In this document: positions 33,508-43,718 of the stretch, one piece after another
Layout of the letters: each line of letters opens with the position of its first letter
Numbering within the stretch: position 1 is the first letter of the stretch
NCBI GenBank assembly: GCA_963804645.1
Contig: CAWDRG010000008.1
Location: 50,253 to 114,252 of the forward strand
Length of the DNA: 64,000 bases
Source of the DNA: an uncultured Bacillota bacterium
GTDB taxonomy: Bacteria; Sysuimicrobiota; Sysuimicrobiia; Sysuimicrobiales; Segetimicrobiaceae
Reading direction: 5' to 3'
The notes under the pieces: model-generated
Told to the model about the DNA's origin: nothing
Database searches by the model: none
The model's input: the letters and a program-made list of their open reading frames with translations, nothing else
Program-made: the position numbers and the translations under genes

Positions 33508-34527
33508 TCAGCTCATCCGGACCCGCGGATCGGCGGCCGCGTACCCAATATCGGACAGGAGGTTCATGAGAACGTAGACGACCGCGACGACGATCCCGAC
33601 GCCCATGATCGCGGGGAAGTCGAGCGACGACGCGCTCTGGAACGCGTACGAGCCGAGCCCGGGCCACGCAAACACGGTCTCGGTAACCACGGCCCCGGAG
33701 AGGAGCCCCCCGAAACTCAGCGCGATGACGGTGATCACCGGCAGCAGCGCGTTTCGGGCGACGTGCCGGAGCGTGACGCGGCGCGCCGGCAGTCCCTTGG
33801 AGCGGGCGGTCCGCACGTAATCTTCGCCGAGCACGTCCAGCATGCTGCCGCGCATCATGCGCGTGATCACGCCGATGCTGGCCGACGACAGCACGATCGC
33901 GGGCAGCGCCAGGTGGGTGAGCGCATCGAGCGCCACGGCGCGCTGCCCGGCGAGCAGCGCGTCCACGACGACAAACCCGGTCACGAACGGCGGCAGCGCC
34001 AGACGCGGGCTGATCTCGCCGGCCGACGGCGCCCACCCAAGACGCGCGTAAAAGATGAAGAGCGCCACGATCCCGAGCCAGAACACGGGGATCGACACGC
34101 CGATCAGGGACACGCCCCGGCCGAGCTGGTCCATCACGGTGTCCCGCCGCACGGCGGCCAGAATGCCCAGGGGGATCCCGATGATGAGGCTCAGGAACAT
34201 CGCCGCGAGCGCGAGCTCGATCGTCGCCGGCGTGTGCTCCCGCAGATCGATCAGCACCGGCTGGTGGGTCGAGATCGAGATCCCCAGGTTGCCGCGGACG
34301 AGATTCCAGACGTAGATCAGATACTGCTCCGGCAGCGGACGATCAAGCCCCCACTGGTGCCGAAACGCCGCGACCACCGCCGGGTTCGCGGCCGCCTGGT
34401 CGCCGAGGTTGGCCGACACCGGATCCGCCGGGACCGCGTGCGACAGCACGAACGTCAGCAGCGTGATGCCGACCACCATCAACGGCAGCATGCAGACGCG
34501 CCGGACAATGTACCCTTGGAGGTTCAC
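33508..34527 (-). CDS. Peptide/nickel ABC permease (DppB type)
   Basis: GLDRPLPEQY, DYVRTARSKG, ETVFAWPGLG. Confidence 0.94.
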   Translation of the reverse strand: MNLQGYIVRRVCMLPLMVVGITLLTFVLSHAVPADPVSANLGDQAAANPAVVAAFRHQWGLDRPLPEQYLIYVWNLVRGNLGISISTHQPVLIDLREHTPATIELALAAMFLSLIIGIPLGILAAVRRDTVMDQLGRGVSLIGVSIPVFWLGIVALFIFYARLGWAPSAGEISPRLALPPFVTGFVVVDALLAGQRAVALDALTHLALPAIVLSSASIGVITRMMRGSMLDVLGEDYVRTARSKGLPARRVTLRHVARNALLPVITVIALSFGGLLSGAVVTETVFAWPGLGSYAFQSASSLDFPAIMGVGIVVAVVYVLMNLLSDIGYAAADPRVRMS

Positions 34528-34566
34528 GCCGTCCGGGCCTCCTGCCGCCCGCGGACCACCGGTGCC

Positions 34567-36231
34567 CTAGGATGCGCGCCGGATCGGGTAGAAATCGACT
34601 TCCCACACGCTGTTGTACGTGACCCCACGCAGGTCCGCCCGATACCCGTAGGGCAGCGCGGGCGTAAAGAGCGGCGCGTACGGCCCGATCTCGAGCAGGC
34701 GCCGCTGGACCTTCTGCAACAGCGCGACGCGCGCCTTCGCGTCGCTCTCCTGCACGGCCTGGTCACCCCACCCGGCCAGTTCCTGGGCCTCCGGGCTCGC
34801 GTTCACCGGCCAGTTCATCCGCTTGCCGACGAGCTGCCCCGGCAGGTACACCAGGAAATCGGTCGCGTCGGGATAGTCCGCGGCGTACCCGCCGAACAGG
34901 GCGGGCGCCCGGCCCCCGCGGTACTCGCCGAGCTCGAGCGTTCCCGGCAGCCCATTGAGGGCGACCGTGATCCCGGCGGCGGCGAGATCCGACTGGATCT
35001 TCTGCGCGAGCAGCGCATATTGAATGCCGTAGGATGTCGCGTCGCTCGCAAACATGAGGCGCCCGTTGACCTGGCTCAGGCCCGACTCCTTCACCAGCCC
35101 CTTCGCCTTGACGAGGTCCGTCTTGAACGCTTCGCGCGGGTCGAGCGCGCCGGGCAGGTCGTTCGGAATGACGCCGGCCATGCGCTGCGCGCCGGGCCCG
35201 GCGATCTGGAGAATGCCGTTGTAGTCGAGCGCGTAGCGGATCGCCTGCAGGATCTTGGGATTGTTGAGCGCGCCGCCGAGCGCGGAGTCCATGTTGACCA
35301 TCATCAAGAACGAGGTGGCGACGACGCTGGTCTGGATCGACACGCTCGGGACGCGCATGAGCGTCGGCAGGTTCGCCTGGCCCATCGAGAGCGCGATGTC
35401 CAGGTCGCCGCGCTCGAGCTGCAGCGCCTGCGTGGACGCCTCGGGGATGCTGCGCAGCACAACGCGGTCCATGGGAGCCGGTGCCCGCCAGTGGTTGGGG
35501 TTGCGGACGAGCACGACTTCCTGGTTCGGCGTGTAGCTCTGGAGGATGAACGCGCCGCTCCCGGCGGAATGCGCGTTCAGGTACGCCTCCGCGTGGTCCG
35601 CCGTCTTGGCGTTCGGGCCGGCGTCGCCGCCGTTCTGCATCATGAGCTTGCTGTCCACGATCCCGAGCGCGCCGTTCGAGAGAATCGGGAGTATCGCCGG
35701 CTGCGGCGTGTGGAGCCGCAGGACGACCGTGTAGGGGTCGGGCGCCTGAACCTCGTCGACGTTGGCGAGGAAGAACGCCGGGTTCGACTGCAGATTGATC
35801 ACCCGATCGAACGACCATTTGACGTCCGCCGACGTCAGCGGGTTGCCGCTCGCGAACCGGACGTCCTTGCGGAGCGTGAACGTGTACAGGAGGCCGCCCG
35901 CCGAGACCTTCCAGTCCGTCGCGATATGGGGCCGCGGCGTCGACAGGTCCGCGCCGTTGAACGTCACCAGCGCGTCGTAGCACGCGTGCGTGATCATCTC
36001 GCCGTCCGGCTCAAGCGTGTGCCCAGGATCGAGGCTGCGGATCACGAAGCCCGGGGCCATGATGAGCGCCTGCGGCGGGGCCGCCGCGCGCGCGCCGCTC
36101 ACCCCGCCGAGCCGCCCGGCCATCGCCGCCACCGCGGCAAGGCCGCCGGCCGATGCGATGAGCCGGCGCCGGGTGACCCGCGTCCCGTCCCGCCGTCGTG
36201 CCTCGTCGTCCTGGGGTCTCCGCATCTGCAC
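34567..36231 (-). CDS. Family 5 ABC substrate-binding protein with a Tat-type signal
   Basis: TRRRLI signal, YDALV, FTLRKDVRFASGNPLTSADVKWSF. Confidence 0.93.
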   Translation of the reverse strand: MQMRRPQDDEARRRDGTRVTRRRLIASAGGLAAVAAMAGRLGGVSGARAAAPPQALIMAPGFVIRSLDPGHTLEPDGEMITHACYDALVTFNGADLSTPRPHIATDWKVSAGGLLYTFTLRKDVRFASGNPLTSADVKWSFDRVINLQSNPAFFLANVDEVQAPDPYTVVLRLHTPQPAILPILSNGALGIVDSKLMMQNGGDAGPNAKTADHAEAYLNAHSAGSGAFILQSYTPNQEVVLVRNPNHWRAPAPMDRVVLRSIPEASTQALQLERGDLDIALSMGQANLPTLMRVPSVSIQTSVVATSFLMMVNMDSALGGALNNPKILQAIRYALDYNGILQIAGPGAQRMAGVIPNDLPGALDPREAFKTDLVKAKGLVKESGLSQVNGRLMFASDATSYGIQYALLAQKIQSDLAAAGITVALNGLPGTLELGEYRGGRAPALFGGYAADYPDATDFLVYLPGQLVGKRMNWPVNASPEAQELAGWGDQAVQESDAKARVALLQKVQRRLLEIGPYAPLFTPALPYGYRADLRGVTYNSVWEVDFYPIRRAS

Positions 36232-36306
36232 GCCCTCCTTCGGAGTGACGCCCCGGGGACACCGGCGTCGGCGCCGCGCCCCCAGGGCGTTCCTGGTGCC
36301 GCCTCG

Positions 36307-37977
36307 CTAGCTCTTGCGGACCGTGTAAAAGTCCTCCGCCCACACGCTGTTGTAGGTCAGGCCCTGAATGTTCGAGCCGGACGCGTACGGCACCGCGGGC
36401 TGGAACAGCGGCACGTAGGGCCCCACCTGAGCCAGCATCCGCTCAAAATCCTGCAGCATCGCGATCCGCTTCGTCACGTCGACCTCCGCCTCGGCCGCGT
36501 CGGCCATCGCGGCCAGCTTCTGGGCCGCCGGGCTCGCGGACGCCGGCCATCCGGCGCGGATCCCCACCACCCGGCCCGGCGCGTACACGAGAAAATCGGT
36601 CGCGTCGGGATAGTCCGCGGCCCAGCCCCAGACGCCGAACTGATCCTTGCCGCCGCGGTACAGCCCGAGCGAGGTGACGATCGGCAGCCCGTCGAGTTGC
36701 AGCTGAATCCCCGCCGCCGCGAGATCGGACTGGATCTTCTGGGCCAGCAGGTCAATCGGAATCCCCCACGAGACCTGCCCGCTCGAATACGAAAACTTTC
36801 CTCGCACCTCGGTCAGGCCGGACTCCTTCACGAGGCTCTTCGCCTTGGCGATGTCGGTCGTGGCCGCCAGCTTCGGATCGAGCGAGCCCGGCATCAACGT
36901 CGGGATGACCCCCGCCATCCGCACCGCGCCCGGACCGGCGATCTGCAAAATGCCCTGATAATCGAGGGCGTACCGGACCGCCTGCTGAATTTTGGGGTTG
37001 GAGAAGGGCCCCCCGATCTCGGGTGTGTTGTTCATCAGGATGTAGAAGGTCGTCGCGGCCGGGCTCGTCTTGACGGTCACGTTCGGCGCCCGGCGCAGCG
37101 GGGCCACCTGATCCTGGCCGATCGTGGTCGCCACGTCGAGGTCCCCGCGCACCACCTGGAGGGCCTGCGTCACCGCGTCCGGCACGTGCTTGACCACGAT
37201 GCGCTGCAGCTTGGATGCCCCGCCCCAGTACTGCGGGTTGCGATCGAGGATCAACTGCTGCCCGGGCACGTAGCTCGTCAGCACGAACGGTCCGGTGCCC
37301 GCGGAGTGCGCGTTCAGGTACGGCTCCGCGTGATCGGCGGTCTTCGCGTTCGGGCCGGCGTCCCCGCCGTTCTGCATCACGAGCTTGCTGTCGAGGATGC
37401 CGAGGCCCGGGTGCGACAGAATCGGCACGAGCGACGGCAGCGGCGCCTTGGTCTGGATCACCACCGTGAGGGGATCGGGCGCCATGACTGCCTCGACCCC
37501 GTCGAACAGGAACGACGTGTTGGCCTGCAGCGTGAGAATTCGATCGAAACTCCACTTCACGTCCGCGGACGTCATGGGGTTGCCGCTGATGAACTTGATG
37601 CCGGGCCGCAGGGTCAGCGTGGTAGAGCGCCCGTCGGCGCTCACCTTCCAGGCCGTCGCCAGTCTCGGTCGCGGCGTGCGAAGGTCCTCCCCCTGGAACG
37701 TCACGAGCGTATCGTAGGTCACCTTCTCGATCATCATGCCGGTCACTTCGATCGTCCGGCCGGGATCCATGGTTTTGATGTTGTCGAGGTCAGAGCCGAC
37801 GAGCAGCGTGGCCTGGTCGCCGCTCGCCGCGTGGGCGAGCCGCACCCCGGGGCCGAGCAGCGACTCGAGGGCGCCCGCGGCGGCGAGCCCGCCCCCGAGC
37901 CCCAGCGTCCTCAGAAACGCACGCCGGTTTACCTGTCCTAACGTCTGCGTCGGATCGGTTGGCATCGAGCGGCTCAT
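36307..37977 (-). CDS. Family 5 ABC substrate-binding protein with a Tat-type signal (paralog of the neighbour)
   Basis: NRRAFL signal, YDTLV, LRPGIKFISGNPMTSADVKWSF, GTGPF; ATG at 37977 after GAGGAGG. Confidence 0.93.
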   Translation of the reverse strand: MSRSMPTDPTQTLGQVNRRAFLRTLGLGGGLAAAGALESLLGPGVRLAHAASGDQATLLVGSDLDNIKTMDPGRTIEVTGMMIEKVTYDTLVTFQGEDLRTPRPRLATAWKVSADGRSTTLTLRPGIKFISGNPMTSADVKWSFDRILTLQANTSFLFDGVEAVMAPDPLTVVIQTKAPLPSLVPILSHPGLGILDSKLVMQNGGDAGPNAKTADHAEPYLNAHSAGTGPFVLTSYVPGQQLILDRNPQYWGGASKLQRIVVKHVPDAVTQALQVVRGDLDVATTIGQDQVAPLRRAPNVTVKTSPAATTFYILMNNTPEIGGPFSNPKIQQAVRYALDYQGILQIAGPGAVRMAGVIPTLMPGSLDPKLAATTDIAKAKSLVKESGLTEVRGKFSYSSGQVSWGIPIDLLAQKIQSDLAAAGIQLQLDGLPIVTSLGLYRGGKDQFGVWGWAADYPDATDFLVYAPGRVVGIRAGWPASASPAAQKLAAMADAAEAEVDVTKRIAMLQDFERMLAQVGPYVPLFQPAVPYASGSNIQGLTYNSVWAEDFYTVRKS

Positions 37978-38006
37978 CTCACGCCTCCTCACGAGTTGTC
38001 ACGGGT

Positions 38007-38036
38007 AAGAAACAAAACGGGGCGGGCCCACCCATC
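38007..38036 (-). terminator. Intrinsic terminator-like hairpin between rnhB and the SBP genes
   Basis: GGGTG-GGCC-CGCCC hairpin followed by GTTTTGTTTCTT. Confidence 0.55.
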
Positions 38037-38156
38037 GCGTCCAGGCGACGGAACCGGCTCCGCCGAGCACCCTTCCATGCCTCTCCTTACGGTCCTGTTC
38101 CCCTCACAGTTCGTCCAGGCGCGGCCCGGCTCCTTTCTCCGGGCCCCTCGGCGGGG

Positions 38157-38945
38157 TCAGCGCAGCCCGATCAGGGTCACCTGCGCCGGCCGGAGGAACG
38201 CGCGGCGGTGCGCCGGGCACGGCCCCTCGCGGATCAGGGCCTCGAGATGGTCCCGCGTTCCGTATCCCTTGTTGTGGAAGAACCCGTACGCCGGGTACGC
38301 GTCGTGCAGTCCGCACATCACCCGGTCGCGGGCGACCTTCGCGACGATCGACGCCGCGGAGATCGACGCGCAGAGCGCGTCGCCGCGCACGACCGTGGCG
38401 TGCGGGTGCAGACCCGGCAGCCGCTCCCGGCCATCCACGAGCAGAAACTGCGGTCCGGGCATCAGCGCGTCCACGGCCCGCCGCATCGCCAGCAGCGACG
38501 CCCCGAGGATGTTGAACCGGTCGATCTCGGCCACGGACGCCTCCCCGACGGCGACCGCGACCGCCCGCGCGCGAATCTCGGCGTCAAGCGCCTCGCGGGC
38601 CTCGGCGGTGAGGCGCTTGCTGTCGTCGAGCCCGACGATCCGGGTGCCCGGCCCGAGAATCACGGCCCCGGCAAACACGGGGCCCGCGAGCGGCCCCCGG
38701 CCGACCTCGTCCACGCCCGCCACGATCCGTCCAGCCGGGGCGCGGCGCCGGTCCTCGAGGTAGAGGGCCCGCAGCCGCTGGCGCTCCCGGCGCAGGGCCG
38801 CCTGCGCCGCCTGGTAGCGGGCGAGGAGCCTCGCGACCGAGGCCCGGGGATCGCGCGCGAGCAGGCGGAGGGTGGCCGCCGGCACGCGCCGCGCCCCGTC
38901 TAGGTAGGCGGCGAGTTCGGCGACGGTCAGCTCGCGGGGATCCAC
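38157..38945 (-). CDS. rnhB: Ribonuclease HII
   Basis: AGVDEVGRGPLAGPV, DDSKRL, SISAASIVAKVARD, NKGYGT. Confidence 0.97.
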   Translation of the reverse strand: MDPRELTVAELAAYLDGARRVPAATLRLLARDPRASVARLLARYQAAQAALRRERQRLRALYLEDRRRAPAGRIVAGVDEVGRGPLAGPVFAGAVILGPGTRIVGLDDSKRLTAEAREALDAEIRARAVAVAVGEASVAEIDRFNILGASLLAMRRAVDALMPGPQFLLVDGRERLPGLHPHATVVRGDALCASISAASIVAKVARDRVMCGLHDAYPAYGFFHNKGYGTRDHLEALIREGPCPAHRRAFLRPAQVTLIGLR

Positions 38946-38999
38946 GCGCGCACCGGCTGTGCGGCTGCGGCCCGCCCCGTGCGGATCACCGCGGGGCGT

Positions 39000-39608
39000 T
39001 CAGTGCACGAACCCGACCCGGGACACGGGCCAGTAGATAAACACCGCGCGACCGATAATGTTCGCGCGGGGGACGTACCCGAAGAACCGGCTGTCCTCGC
39101 TGTTGTTGCGGTTGTCGCCGAGCACGAAGTACTGGCTCGGCGGGACGGTGATCGGCCCGTAGTTGCCGAGATCCCGGTGGATGGTGTAGCCGCTCTCCGA
39201 GATGCGGTCGCCGTTCACGTAGACGTAGCCGTCCTTCAGTTGCACATGCTGCCCGGGCAGCCCGATCACGCGCTTGACGAAGTCGCGTGACGGATTCAGG
39301 GGATAGCGGAACACGATCACGTTGCCGCGCGCGATCGGCTCAAACCGGTACAGGAACTTGGCGACGAGGATCCGGTCGTCCACCATCAGCGTCGGCTCCA
39401 TGGAGCCGGACGGGATGTAGAACGCCTGGACCACGAACGTGATGATGATGAGGCTGAGGACCGCGGCAAAGATGCACGCATCCAGCGTCTCGATGACGGA
39501 GATGCGCGCCGCCTGGGGGATCTGCGTGGCGCGCTTGACGAGGATGCGGGATGCGACCAAGAGGGCGGACAGCCCGAGGATGACGGTGGGAATGCTCAGG
39601 GCGCTCAC
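39000..39608 (-). CDS. lepB: Signal peptidase I
   Basis: IPSGSMEPTL (Ser), DFVKRVIGLPG (Lys), GDNRNNSEDSR. Confidence 0.96.
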   Translation of the reverse strand: MSALSIPTVILGLSALLVASRILVKRATQIPQAARISVIETLDACIFAAVLSLIIITFVVQAFYIPSGSMEPTLMVDDRILVAKFLYRFEPIARGNVIVFRYPLNPSRDFVKRVIGLPGQHVQLKDGYVYVNGDRISESGYTIHRDLGNYGPITVPPSQYFVLGDNRNNSEDSRFFGYVPRANIIGRAVFIYWPVSRVGFVH

Positions 39609-39617
39609 GGCCTATGG

Positions 39618-39959
39618 CTACCGCTTCTCTTTGACGCGGCTTTCCTTGCCGATCTTCTCCCGCAGGTAGTACAGCTTCGCCCGCCGGACGCGGCCCTTGC
39701 GGAGCACCTCCACCTTCTCCACGCGCGGGGAATGAACGGGAAAGGTGCGTTCGACCCCCACCCCGTGCGAGATGCGGCGGACGGTGAACACCTCGCGGAT
39801 CCCGCCGCCCCGCCGGGCGATGACGATCCCCTCGAACGCCTGCACGCGCTCGCGGCCGCCCTCGGCCACCTTCATGTGCACCCGCACCGTATCACCGGCG
39901 CCGAACGACGGCGGTGACGCCTTGAGCTGCTGCCGTTCGATCACCATGATCCTCTCCAT
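39618..39959 (-). CDS. rplS: 50S ribosomal protein L19
   Basis: [36 protein letters not shown]. Confidence 0.98.
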   Translation of the reverse strand: MERIMVIERQQLKASPPSFGAGDTVRVHMKVAEGGRERVQAFEGIVIARRGGGIREVFTVRRISHGVGVERTFPVHSPRVEKVEVLRKGRVRRAKLYYLREKIGKESRVKEKR

Positions 39960-39991
39960 GCGTATCCCCCTTTTGGGACCCACGACTGGTC

Positions 39992-40021
39992 ATTATAACA
40001 CGGGCGCGTTTCCGCTCACAA
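39992..40021 (-). promoter_or_regulatory. Promoter upstream of rplS
   Basis: TTGTGA-18 nt-TATAAT with an extended -10 TG. Confidence 0.7.
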
Positions 40022-40029
40022 GGCGCGCC

Positions 40030-40770
40030 TTAACCGGCACCGCTCCTTAACTCGGCGAGCAGGACGCGAGCCTCGTCGTCGAGCGCCTCCTCGTCGATCA
40101 GATCCGGCCGTCGGCCGAGCGTGCGCCGCAGCGCCTCGCGCTTGCGCCAGCGGCGGATCTCCTCGTGATGTCCGCTCAGCAGCACCTCCGGCACCGCATG
40201 GCCGCGGTACTCCGGGGGCCGCGTGAACTGCGGAAAGTCGAGCAGCCCCGCGGAAAACGAGTCGTCCGCCACCGACGCGCGCTGGCCGACGGCGCCCGGC
40301 ACGAGGCGCGCCACCACCTCGATCAGCACCATCGCCGCGAGCTCGCCCCCGGTAAGCACGTAATCGCCGATGCTGATCTCGTCGGCCCCCAGGGCCAGCG
40401 GGACGCGCTCGTCCACACCCTCGTACCGCCCGCAGAGCACGACCAGGTGCGGGAGCTCCGCGAGCGCGCGGGCGCGGGCCTGCGTCAGCCGCTCGCCCTG
40501 CGGACTCGTCAGCAGCACCCGCGGTGCGGTCTCGGGCCGCGCTACGCGGATCGCGTCGAGCGCGCGGCCGAACGGCTCCGGCTTCATCACCATCCCGACG
40601 CCGCCGCCGTACGGCAGGTCGTCCACGCTGCGGTGCCGGTCTTCGGTGAAGTCTCGCAGGTCCCACACGACCAAGTCGAGCAGGCCCCGGTCGCGCGCGC
40701 GCCCCATCACCCCGACGCTGAGCGGCCCGGGAAACACGTCGGGAAAGATCGTGACCACGTCGACGCGCAT
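40030..40770 (-). CDS. trmD: tRNA (guanine37-N1)-methyltransferase
   Basis: [41 protein letters not shown]. Confidence 0.97.
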   Translation of the reverse strand: MRVDVVTIFPDVFPGPLSVGVMGRARDRGLLDLVVWDLRDFTEDRHRSVDDLPYGGGVGMVMKPEPFGRALDAIRVARPETAPRVLLTSPQGERLTQARARALAELPHLVVLCGRYEGVDERVPLALGADEISIGDYVLTGGELAAMVLIEVVARLVPGAVGQRASVADDSFSAGLLDFPQFTRPPEYRGHAVPEVLLSGHHEEIRRWRKREALRRTLGRRPDLIDEEALDDEARVLLAELRSGAG

Positions 40771-41306
40771 TACAGCCACTCCGGGGGGCGGACGACGATC
40801 TCACCCGCCGGCACGTCGATCGACTCGACCACGCCCTCGACGGCCGGCAGGAGGATCTCCCGCCCCGCCGGCGACCGCACGACGTACACGTCGTTCGCGC
40901 CGGTGCGCAGCACGTCGGCGACCTCGCCGAGCGCCGTGCCGTCGGGCGTGCGGACCCGAAGGCCCACGATCTGGAACACATAGAACTGCCCGGGCGGCAG
41001 CGGCTGCACCTCGCCCGGGGGAATCCGAAGCGTCGCCCCGCGCAGCGCCTCGGCCGCCGCGACGGTATCGATCCCGGCGAGCTTCATCGCCACGAAGCGC
41101 CCCGCGGCCTCCGCGTGCTCGACGCGCACGGACCGCGCGCCGCGGCCGTCGACGACGACCACCTCCCCGAGCGCCAGCAGATGCTCGGGGAAGTCGGTGA
41201 CGGGCAGCACCCGCAGCGCGCCCCGGAGCCCGTGCGGCCGCGTCACCTCGCCCACGATGACCAGATCCGCCAGCGCGTCGGTGGACCGGTCCGCGCGCGC
41301 GGCCAT
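40770..41306 (-). CDS. rimM: Ribosome maturation factor RimM
   Basis: [30 protein letters not shown]. Confidence 0.95.
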   Translation of the reverse strand: MAARADRSTDALADLVIVGEVTRPHGLRGALRVLPVTDFPEHLLALGEVVVVDGRGARSVRVEHAEAAGRFVAMKLAGIDTVAAAEALRGATLRIPPGEVQPLPPGQFYVFQIVGLRVRTPDGTALGEVADVLRTGANDVYVVRSPAGREILLPAVEGVVESIDVPAGEIVVRPPEWL

Positions 41307-41310
41307 CGCC

Positions 41311-41772
41311 CTACCGCGTCGCGGGCGTGATGATCCCGCTCGGCGGCGGCGCCGGAATGTCGGCGGCGGCCTCCCGAATCTCCAGGACGATGCCGTCCTT
41401 GACGATGACCTCGGTGCGCGAGATCTTGTCGAAGAGGTTGTCGCCGACGGCGATGTCGACGGTGCCCTCGATCGTGCCCTGGGTGAACTCGGAGTTCAGC
41501 TCCAGCTCCTGGGCCTCGCGCAGCCGCGCCTGCAGCTCGCCCTTGGCCGCCTCCTGGCGGGCCCGCTCGAGATCGAGCTGCTGGCGAATCGCCCGGGACT
41601 GCGGGGTGACCTGCCGCTCGAGCTCGAACCGCCGGAACTGGACGTCGATCTGCTGGACGATCGCATCGACCCGCCGGATCGCGTCCTCGAGATCCGCCAC
41701 GTACAACCGCTTGAAGCTCTCCGTCACGATCGTCTTGATGACGATTGGACGCTGTACCGTAATCGCTCCCAT
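41311..41772 (-). CDS. ylqD: YlqD family protein
   Basis: RPIVIKTIVTE...QGTIEG...GDNL...KDGIVLEIR; sits between khpA and rimM. Confidence 0.85.
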   Translation of the reverse strand: MGAITVQRPIVIKTIVTESFKRLYVADLEDAIRRVDAIVQQIDVQFRRFELERQVTPQSRAIRQQLDLERARQEAAKGELQARLREAQELELNSEFTQGTIEGTVDIAVGDNLFDKISRTEVIVKDGIVLEIREAAADIPAPPPSGIITPATR

Positions 41773-41822
41773 GTGGCTCCTCCTCCTGGTACCGTCCTCT
41801 GGTGAACGCCGGCCGCTCCGAC

Positions 41823-42056
41823 CTACGGGCGGAGCACCTCGACGGTGACCCGCCTCCCCGTACGCGTCGCCGACGCGCGCGCGAGCGTGCGGATCGCCTT
41901 GATCACCCGGCCGCCCCTCCCGATCACCTTGCCCACATCGTCGGGCGACACCTGAACCTCGATCACCGTGGCCTGCGGACTGTCCACGACCCGCACCTCA
42001 ACGGCCTCGGGGTGCTCCACCAGCGACCGCGTCACGAGCTCGACGAGCGCTTTCAC
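41823..42056 (-). CDS. khpA: KH-domain RNA-binding protein KhpA
   Basis: DDVGKVIGRGGRVIKAIR; GTGA overlap with rpsP. Confidence 0.93.
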   Translation of the reverse strand: MKALVELVTRSLVEHPEAVEVRVVDSPQATVIEVQVSPDDVGKVIGRGGRVIKAIRTLARASATRTGRRVTVEVLRP

Positions 42057-42331
42057 CTGGCCGCCTTCGCCCGGGACTCCTCCCACTGCTGGAGCACGCC
42101 GGTCTTCTCGAGGATCACCCTCGCCGAATTGGACGGCCGCGCGCCCTTGGCCAGCCACGCGATGACCTTGTCGGCGTTGACGTGCATCGTCGACGGATCG
42201 GTCCGGGGGTTGTAGAACCCCACGATCTCGAGGTACCGGCCACTTCGCGGACTGCGGGAATCGGCCACGACCAGCCGGTAGAACGGCTGCCCCTTGGCGC
42301 CGCGGCGCGTCAGTCGGATCTTCACACTCAT
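42053..42331 (-). CDS. rpsP: 30S ribosomal protein S16
   Basis: MSVKIRLTRRGAK..PFYRLVVADSRSPR. Confidence 0.98.
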   Translation of the reverse strand: MSVKIRLTRRGAKGQPFYRLVVADSRSPRSGRYLEIVGFYNPRTDPSTMHVNADKVIAWLAKGARPSNSARVILEKTGVLQQWEESRAKAAR

Positions 42332-42389
42332 GCGTGTCCTCCCCTATGCGATCTTGCCGGCATCCGTCCGGCTCCGGTCGTGCGCCCTG

Positions 42390-43718
42390 CTACGGACGGA
42401 ACGGCAGCGGCAGCTTGCCCTTCCGCCGCCCCATCCCTTCCATCTGCTTCAACATCTTCCGCGCCTCGCTGAACTGCCGGAGCAGCCGGTTGACCTCCTG
42501 GACGGAGGTGCCGCTCCCCCTGGCGATCCGCCGCCGCCGGCTGCCGTCGATCGTCTCGGGATGGCGGCGCTCGCCCGGCGTCATCGACCCGATCATCGCC
42601 TCCACGCGCTTGAACTCGCCCTCGTCCACCTGGGCGCCCTTGAGCTTCGTCCCCATCCCGGGGATCATCGACAGCACCTGATCGAGCGGGCCCATCGCCC
42701 GGACCTGCCGGATCTGCTCCGTGAAGTCCTCCAGCGTGAACTCGGCGCGCCGCAGCTTGCGCTCGAGCTCCTTGGCCTGGTCGGCGGTCACCTGCTCCTG
42801 CGCGCGCTCGATCAGCGTCAGGACGTCGCCCATCCCGAGGATCCGGGACGCGATCCGATCGGGATGGAACGGCTCGAGCGCGTCCAGGCGCTCGCCGGTC
42901 CCGATAAACAGAATCGGCAGGCCCAGCGTCGCGACCACGGAGAGCGCCGCCCCGCCCCGCGCGTCGCCGTCGAGCTTGGTGAGGATCAGCCCGTCGAGCG
43001 GGACCGCCCGGTGGAACCCCTCGGCCATCCGGACGGCGTCCTGACCGGCCATCGCGTCGAGCACGAGCAGCGTGTGGTGCGGGGAGACGGCGTCCCGCAC
43101 GCGCACGAGCTCGGCGACGAGGTCCTCATCGATGTGCAGACGCCCCGCGCTGTCCACGATCAGCGTGTCCGCCGCGAGCTCGCGGCACCGGGCCAGTCCG
43201 CGCCGGGACACCGCGACCGCATCCTCCTGGCCTTCGGGCACGATCACGGGGACGCCGGCCTGCTGGCCGACGATCTCCAGCTGCCGGACCGCGGCCGGGC
43301 GGGACAGATCGGCCGCGACGAGCACCGGGGTCCGTCCGCGCTTCTTGAGATGCGCGGCCAACTTCCCCGCCGTCGTCGTCTTCCCGGTGCCGTGCAGACC
43401 CACCAGCAGAACGACCGTCGGCGGTTTCGGGGACGGGGTGAGTGCGCGGTTCTGCTCGCCCAGCAGACGCGTCAGTTCGGCGTGGACGATCTGCACGACC
43501 TGCTGCCCGGGGCTCAGGCTCTTCCACACTTCCTGCCCGACCGCCGCCTCGCGCACGCGCGCGATGAACGTCCGCGCGACCCCGACGTTGACGTCGGCCT
43601 CGAGCAGCGCGAGGCGCAGCTCCCTCAGCGCCGCGTCGACGTCCCCCTCCGACAGCGCCCCGCGGTTGCGCAGCCGGGTCAGGATCCCGCCGAGCTTTGA
43701 CTGCAGTTGATCAAACAT
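42390..43718 (-). CDS. ffh: Signal recognition particle protein Ffh
   Basis: ALLEADV, GTGKTTT, DSAGR, TKLDGDARGGAALS, M-domain SRRRRIARGSG. Confidence 0.97.
   Translation of the reverse strand: MFDQLQSKLGGILTRLRNRGALSEGDVDAALRELRLALLEADVNVGVARTFIARVREAAVGQEVWKSLSPGQQVVQIVHAELTRLLGEQNRALTPSPKPPTVVLLVGLHGTGKTTTAGKLAAHLKKRGRTPVLVAADLSRPAAVRQLEIVGQQAGVPVIVPEGQEDAVAVSRRGLARCRELAADTLIVDSAGRLHIDEDLVAELVRVRDAVSPHHTLLVLDAMAGQDAVRMAEGFHRAVPLDGLILTKLDGDARGGAALSVVATLGLPILFIGTGERLDALEPFHPDRIASRILGMGDVLTLIERAQEQVTADQAKELERKLRRAEFTLEDFTEQIRQVRAMGPLDQVLSMIPGMGTKLKGAQVDEGEFKRVEAMIGSMTPGERRHPETIDGSRRRRIARGSGTSVQEVNRLLRQFSEARKMLKQMEGMGRRKGKLPLPFRP

Noticed and set aside
33466..37941. 1491-aa plus-strand ORF, and similar long ORFs such as 10065-12872, 46649-48874 and 1144-3498
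   Set aside because: Antisense shadows of clear minus-strand genes; Arg/Gly/Pro-rich with no motifs, as expected at high GC.
37993..38156. Known riboswitch (SAM, TPP, cobalamin, FMN, T-box, c-di-AMP)
   Set aside because: I could not find the diagnostic consensus motifs; kept only as an unassigned attenuator candidate.
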